This document shows positions 59,437 to 64,000 of a stretch of 64,000 nt of DNA, in pieces. The notes below the pieces were generated by a model. It saw nothing but the letters and a program-made list of their open reading frames with translations. It was not told where the DNA came from and did no database searches. The first letter of the stretch is position 1. Each line of letters opens with the position of its first letter. The position numbers and the translations under genes are program-made. The DNA comes from Candidatus Thorarchaeota archaeon (GTDB lineage: Archaea; Asgardarchaeota; Thorarchaeia; Thorarchaeales; Thorarchaeaceae), in NCBI GenBank assembly GCA_046758445.1, contig JBHIAE010000005.1, forward strand, positions 1-64,000, in the 5' to 3' direction.

Positions 59437-60666
59437 CTACCGCCTATCCCTGACAAGGAGTGGTAGGATGCCTATGAAGACAACAATCGCGAGAACGGTG
59501 CACATCAGATATGGAAGTGATCCGCTTACATCCATGAGCCATCCTCCGACAATTGGACCTAGGAACAATCCCACACCCCCCATACTCTCCACAAGTCCAG
59601 CATGAGCTCCCTTCTCCACATCCGTTGCGGAAACTATCAGATAGAGTGCACCGAGATAACCGAAGCCGACTGCGACACCGGATAAGGACATTGCAAGGAC
59701 ATAGACTAGCATGTCAACAAACACGTAGAGCAACGAACAGGAGATTGCAGACAGTGCGGCACCTGTGGCAATGACAGCACCCATCATCCGTTCTGGTAGT
59801 CTTGCACAGATGATGAACGTTACAGTCCGAACTCCATTCCAAGTCAGTAGAAGCGTTCCCCAGTCTTCACTCACAAATCCTGGGAAACTCTCAACATAGG
59901 ATGGAAACAGTACAAGAATGACTGTGGATACAACTCCCCAAAGCATCACTGACAGGTATGAAGCGATGAACCTGGGGCTTGTCTTGGAAGGTCTTGCGGC
60001 CTCTAGCTTAGCTTCCGTAATCTTTGAAGAATCAGTCAGAGCAATAGATTTCCGGCGGTATCCCTGCAAGAATCCACCGATTATGCCAAGCGAAACTAGC
60101 TCGATGGCGATGACGACATAGATGCTCGCCATGGGGCCATAGAAACCCTGTGTGTATGCAATGGCAATTGGGCTGAATATCATTCCTGCACTCCAGGATG
60201 TTGAGAAATTGCCTAGGACCTCACATTCGGCCTCTGGTGTGAGCTCGGCAACCATCCCCTCTACTGAGGGGATAATGAAACCGTACACGAATCCCTCAAG
60301 AGCTCGAATGAGGATTAGGTAGAGAGGAGAGGAAAAGGGATTCAAATACAAAGTAATGACGCCCATGTAAGCAATCGTCGCAATTACGAGAGACCTCTTT
60401 CTTCCTACTCTGTCCGAGAAGCGTCCTCCTATCGCAGGAAACAGCATGTAGACGACTCCAAATGAGCCCATAGTCCAACCTAGCTCGAAGCTCGAGCCCC
60501 CAAGTATGTCCGCATACCAAGGTGCGAATATCTCAGGAGTGCCAATTGAGAAAGTTACAAGGAATGTGGTCAGGTATGCGACGAGTCTGTTCCTTCTCTT
60601 TGCAGCCGCCGGCAGATCTGTTTCGGCAGAATCGTCTAGGCAGAAGGGCTCTTGTAGATGGACCAT
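59437..60666 (-). CDS. MFS transporter
   Basis: GRFSDRVGRK motif A, IRALEG, about 12 TM; start uncertain (60666 or 60699). Confidence 0.85.
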   Translation of the reverse strand: MVHLQEPFCLDDSAETDLPAAAKRRNRLVAYLTTFLVTFSIGTPEIFAPWYADILGGSSFELGWTMGSFGVVYMLFPAIGGRFSDRVGRKRSLVIATIAYMGVITLYLNPFSSPLYLILIRALEGFVYGFIIPSVEGMVAELTPEAECEVLGNFSTSWSAGMIFSPIAIAYTQGFYGPMASIYVVIAIELVSLGIIGGFLQGYRRKSIALTDSSKITEAKLEAARPSKTSPRFIASYLSVMLWGVVSTVILVLFPSYVESFPGFVSEDWGTLLLTWNGVRTVTFIICARLPERMMGAVIATGAALSAISCSLLYVFVDMLVYVLAMSLSGVAVGFGYLGALYLIVSATDVEKGAHAGLVESMGGVGLFLGPIVGGWLMDVSGSLPYLMCTVLAIVVFIGILPLLVRDRR

Positions 60667-60711
60667 TATCTGTTCTCCATGACATGCCTCTCTGTGCACT
60701 GAGGTCTCTGT

Positions 60712-61725
60712 CTAGCCCAGCTGCGGGGCAACTTTCTCTCCTATGACCTTGGCTGTTTCTATCGGGTCCGTACCAGGGACAGGAAACGCCACCGGTGTGT
60801 TAGCACCTGCATCAACTATCTCTCGAATCTGCTTGATACAAGATTCCACGTCTCCAACCACACAGAGTGACTGAACCATCTTGTCGGTTATGAGCTCAGA
60901 GAGGAGGTCGTCTTTTCCCTTTTCAACTGCCTGCCTGAAAGCTTCGGTGTCCTCGGCCTTAACACCTGCGTGCTCCATAAGTGGCCCACCTGCCTGCGAA
61001 TGTGGGAGATACAGCTTGGAGAACTCTCGGGTAATATTCAACGCCTTGTCTAGGTCCTCGTCAATCACAACAGGGAGGTACGCGACCATCTCGAACTTGT
61101 CCAGCTTGCGGCCTGCGACTTGAGCTCCTTTTGCGACTCTCTCCCATGCGAACTTGATATAGCTGGCAGTTGTGAAGATCGAAGTAATGGCACCGTCCCC
61201 AATCTCTCCTGCGAGTTTCAGTCCCATCTTCCCCTCAAATGCTAGGTAGATGGGCACCTCCTTCCTCACGGGTTCGAAGATGAGCTTCACGTCTTTGCAG
61301 GTATAGTACTTGCCATCGTGGGTGACGCTGCCGCCAGTCATGATCTTACGGATAACTTCAATGCATTCACGAGTTCTAGATATTGGCTTCTTGTCCCAAA
61401 GACCCATCTGATCCATCCAGAACGGGACGCCAGACCCTAGACCAAAGACTGTACGCATGTTGCACATCTCGTCAATCGTGGCAAACTCCATTGCAGCAAG
61501 TGCAGGATGTCGAGAGTAAGGGTTAATGACACCGAGACCAAGTCGGATCTTATCAGTAGCCATTGATGCTGCCGCCATGTAGGGTATACCACCTCTGAAG
61601 AAGTAGTCCTCAGCGAACCAAACAGAACCAAGACCGGACTCCTGAGTGGTCTTCGCTAAGTCCACACCTTCTCTGACCGGAAAGACTCCTGTCATGGCCA
61701 TTCCAAACTCTTTGTAACCTTTCAC
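60712..61725 (-). CDS. LLM-class (Mer-like, probably F420-dependent) oxidoreductase
   Basis: WFAEDY, TDKIRLGLGVINPYSRHP, GLGSG, PIYLA...LAGEIGDG. Confidence 0.88.
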   Translation of the reverse strand: MKGYKEFGMAMTGVFPVREGVDLAKTTQESGLGSVWFAEDYFFRGGIPYMAAASMATDKIRLGLGVINPYSRHPALAAMEFATIDEMCNMRTVFGLGSGVPFWMDQMGLWDKKPISRTRECIEVIRKIMTGGSVTHDGKYYTCKDVKLIFEPVRKEVPIYLAFEGKMGLKLAGEIGDGAITSIFTTASYIKFAWERVAKGAQVAGRKLDKFEMVAYLPVVIDEDLDKALNITREFSKLYLPHSQAGGPLMEHAGVKAEDTEAFRQAVEKGKDDLLSELITDKMVQSLCVVGDVESCIKQIREIVDAGANTPVAFPVPGTDPIETAKVIGEKVAPQLG

Positions 61726-61779
61726 TTGCGTTTCACCATCCTTGCGAATTGGAAGGACAGAGGGAATGTCTTCCCGCTT

Positions 61780-63699
61780 CTAGGGCAGTTTGCCAATCTT
61801 CTCAAGGTAGTCAGCGACGTCCTTGAGTCCCATCTTCTCATACGTTTCCCGGAAGGGCCAGCTAGTCTTCGGGTCCCATTCATGCAGAGCATAGTATTTG
61901 TCTAACATCTCATCAAGCTCTTCTTGCGAGTTCATCTCTCCCTTGAGTGGACCAGACGCGGCGCCTTCATTCATGAGACGCCATGGGAGATTGTCGTGTT
62001 CCCTAGTGGCACCACGAGTCACGTTGAAAGCCTTCTCAAGTGTCACGACCCTTCGCCCAGTGAACATGAGCTCATCTGCGGTCATTGATATGCCTGTGGC
62101 AGCCTCAAACATACGTGCCATGTTATCTGGGTTGACTCCGTAAGCCGCAGTTGATGTGAACACACAGAAACCGAGAGCCTCCGTGATTTCATAGCAGTCT
62201 TCATGCCATCGTACAATCTCTGCTCTGTATTCGGTGAAGTGAGGAGAGGCCCACTTCTTGTCACCAGTGACCTCCTCAATGACAGCCACAGCCTCTGGAC
62301 TTGCTCCAAACTCAGCAAAGGTTTCCGTCATCAAGTGATCGTTTCCTCGGGGATTGACAGCAAATGCCAGCGCATAGGCCTTCGCAGACCGAGTTTCCAC
62401 GTTCGACTGTTCAAGACCCTTGGCGTTCATGATTGCCCACTTATAGGAGTCTTGACCAACCTTCTCAGCTGCAATCTTGAGTCCATCGCCAAGTAGGTTA
62501 CCCAGCTTGCCTTTGCGCAGGGCCAGGGCCTCAACAGTCTTGAGCGTTTCATCGAGCTTGCCCCATCCCAGATCGAGTCCGTCAGTATCATCCTTGCTGA
62601 GAACGCCTCTCTCGTAGCTCTCGATAGCCCATTGAGCAACAGTTCCCGCGGTAATTGTGTCCAATCCTAGCCGATTGCATAGCTCATTCAGAAGCAGGAC
62701 TCCCTCGGTGTCGATGATACCAGGACCGTTTCCAAGTGCTCCGAAGGTTTCATACTCTGGACCTCCGCTTTGAATTCCCTTGTTGGGTCCCTTCTCGATA
62801 GTGGAGTACCGATGGCAACCTATGGTACAGCCAAAGCATGCCACCCTTCTCTTGAGGTAGCCCAACTCAACCAATGCTTGACCTGTGATTGGATGAACAT
62901 TCTCAGTGTACCCTGTCTGCCAGTTCTTGCCTGGGAATGCATGTAGCTCGTTCACAGCTGCAATTGACCCTGATGTACCGTAGTCATGGAGTCCAATAGC
63001 ACCACTGTCCGCCCTCAGGAGTTCTCTCTGCTCCTTAGCTACCTCTGCGAACTTCTTGGGGTCTTTGACTCTGATGGGCTTGGTTCCCTTAACAGAGATC
63101 GCTTTCAGCTTCTTCTTGCCCATAACTGCGGCACCGCCACCTCTGCCTGCAGCGTGGTAAAGCGAACACTGAATGGAAGAGGCTCGAACAAGCTTCTCAC
63201 CCGCAGGGCCGATATAGAGGCCCTTCGAGTCATTTCCATGCCATTTCTTGAGTAGCATGTCTGTTTCGACGATGTCCTTACCCCACAGCTCTTTCGCGTC
63301 CTTGATTTCGACATGGTCGTCTACGATGTTTATGTAGGATGGCTTGTCGGCGACCCCGTGCACAACTAGGTGGTCGTAACCTGCGAACTTCAGCTCTGCA
63401 CCCCAATGACCACCAGTGTTGCTCTTTAGGTAGAGGCCGGTGGTGCAGCCTACAGTTGTAACCGATGTTCTCCCTGAAGCTGGAGCGGTGGTACCTGTTA
63501 CTGCGCCCGGAGCGAAGATAATGACATTCCTTGGGTCGTCCCATGTTATCTCTGGATCCTTGCAGTAGTTCCACAGGAGTTTTGCATTGATACCTCTGGA
63601 GCCCACGTACATACGTCTCCACTCCTCTGGAATGTACTCCGTCCAGATCTTCTTATTCGAAAGGTCAACGTGTAGTATCTTGCCTTGATGCCCGTACAT
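61780..63699 (-). CDS. Tungsten-dependent aldehyde:ferredoxin oxidoreductase family protein
   Basis: SNTGG, IGPAGE, AGRGGGAAVMGKKKLKAI, CFGCTIGC, PEYET, GLDTI, LGFCVF. Confidence 0.93.
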   Translation of the reverse strand: MYGHQGKILHVDLSNKKIWTEYIPEEWRRMYVGSRGINAKLLWNYCKDPEITWDDPRNVIIFAPGAVTGTTAPASGRTSVTTVGCTTGLYLKSNTGGHWGAELKFAGYDHLVVHGVADKPSYINIVDDHVEIKDAKELWGKDIVETDMLLKKWHGNDSKGLYIGPAGEKLVRASSIQCSLYHAAGRGGGAAVMGKKKLKAISVKGTKPIRVKDPKKFAEVAKEQRELLRADSGAIGLHDYGTSGSIAAVNELHAFPGKNWQTGYTENVHPITGQALVELGYLKRRVACFGCTIGCHRYSTIEKGPNKGIQSGGPEYETFGALGNGPGIIDTEGVLLLNELCNRLGLDTITAGTVAQWAIESYERGVLSKDDTDGLDLGWGKLDETLKTVEALALRKGKLGNLLGDGLKIAAEKVGQDSYKWAIMNAKGLEQSNVETRSAKAYALAFAVNPRGNDHLMTETFAEFGASPEAVAVIEEVTGDKKWASPHFTEYRAEIVRWHEDCYEITEALGFCVFTSTAAYGVNPDNMARMFEAATGISMTADELMFTGRRVVTLEKAFNVTRGATREHDNLPWRLMNEGAASGPLKGEMNSQEELDEMLDKYYALHEWDPKTSWPFRETYEKMGLKDVADYLEKIGKLP

Positions 63700-63702
63700 T
63701 GT

Positions 63703-63999
63703 CTATGCAGCCTCCTTCCTTATGTCGCGATACATAGCCATTCTTGCCGATCGCAACCTCTTCTTCTGTTTCATCATGTCATCAGTAGCATCCAACCATT
63801 GAATTGCGCCTGGCACACAGTGCTTTGCACAATAGGGATCACCTCCGCAGAGGTCACAGATCAGAACCTTCCCTGTTTCAGGATGCAGTCTAATCCCATT
63901 GTAGGGGCATGAATCGACACATGTTCCACAATCATCACAGGTCTCAGCAAGTACTGTGATAACACCAGTATTCTCGTCTCTTGACAGAGCCCCCTCTGG
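63703..63999 (-). CDS. 4Fe-4S dicluster protein, AOR partner (5'-truncated by window edge)
   Basis: Hand translation PEGALSRD...CDDCGTCVDSCPY...ICDLCGGDPYCAKHCVPGAI...KEAA*; ends 3 bp before the AOR start. Confidence 0.88.
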   Translation of the reverse strand, partial: PEGALSRDENTGVITVLAETCDDCGTCVDSCPYNGIRLHPETGKVLICDLCGGDPYCAKHCVPGAIQWLDATDDMMKQKKRLRSARMAMYRDIRKEAA

Positions 64000-64000
64000 A

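Noticed and set aside
60712-61725. Calling the LLM protein methylene-H4MPT reductase (mer)
   Set aside because: Only family-level motifs are present, and the context (AOR, MFS) suggests a catabolic paralogue
3187-63912. Numerous 60-170 aa ORFs antisense to or nested in confident genes (e.g. 16139..16648, 21631..22149, 33105..33521, 57061..57576)
   Set aside because: Shadow ORFs without motifs, explained by the codon structure of the real gene on the other strand or frame
1-64000. Selenocysteine or pyrrolysine readthrough
   Set aside because: Recognisable proteins end at family-typical lengths; I found no TGA/TAG interrupting a conserved domain, including the Cys-less flavoprotein, whose site is a Pro codon
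1-64000. CRISPR arrays, IS elements, integrases, rRNA or tRNA genes
   Set aside because: No periodic repeats, transposase/integrase motifs or cloverleaf with a T-loop seen by eye; a tRNAscan/Infernal run would be needed to exclude intron-split tRNAs

Overview
Gene-dense, roughly 50% GC archaeal chromosome segment. It is most consistent with an Asgard archaeon (Thorarchaeia-like); this is inferred from gene content (CofE, archaeal GTPBP1, TFS-like protein, tungsten AOR, F420/LLM enzyme, short paralogous wHTH proteins), not from a marker gene. The left half is housekeeping and envelope genes: Hbd, lipase, Ca2+-type P-ATPase, M24 peptidase, grpE-dnaK-dnaJ, Sir2, CitG, two large membrane-anchored S8 proteases, GTPBP1, Ogt and a truncated TFS paralogue. 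The right half holds two catabolic islands. Island 1 (about 38-49 kb) has a PLP aminotransferase, glycyl radical enzyme (GRE), KdgK and Eda, with RraA, URO-D-like, GlcD/GlcF-like and MoaD genes. Island 2 (about 50-64 kb) has an APC permease, two DUF917 paralogues, a metallophosphoesterase/nucleotidyltransferase-like pair, a racemase, MFS, LLM oxidoreductase and AOR. Best candidates for new biology: (1) a dehydratase-class GRE co-oriented with kdgK-eda, possibly a radical entry into an Entner-Doudoroff-type route; (2) a subtilase with the domain layout of eukaryotic site-1 protease (S1P/MBTPS1); (3) the DUF917/NTase/phosphoesterase island. I saw no rRNA, tRNA, CRISPR array or transposase. All family calls are motif recognition by eye, without database searches.
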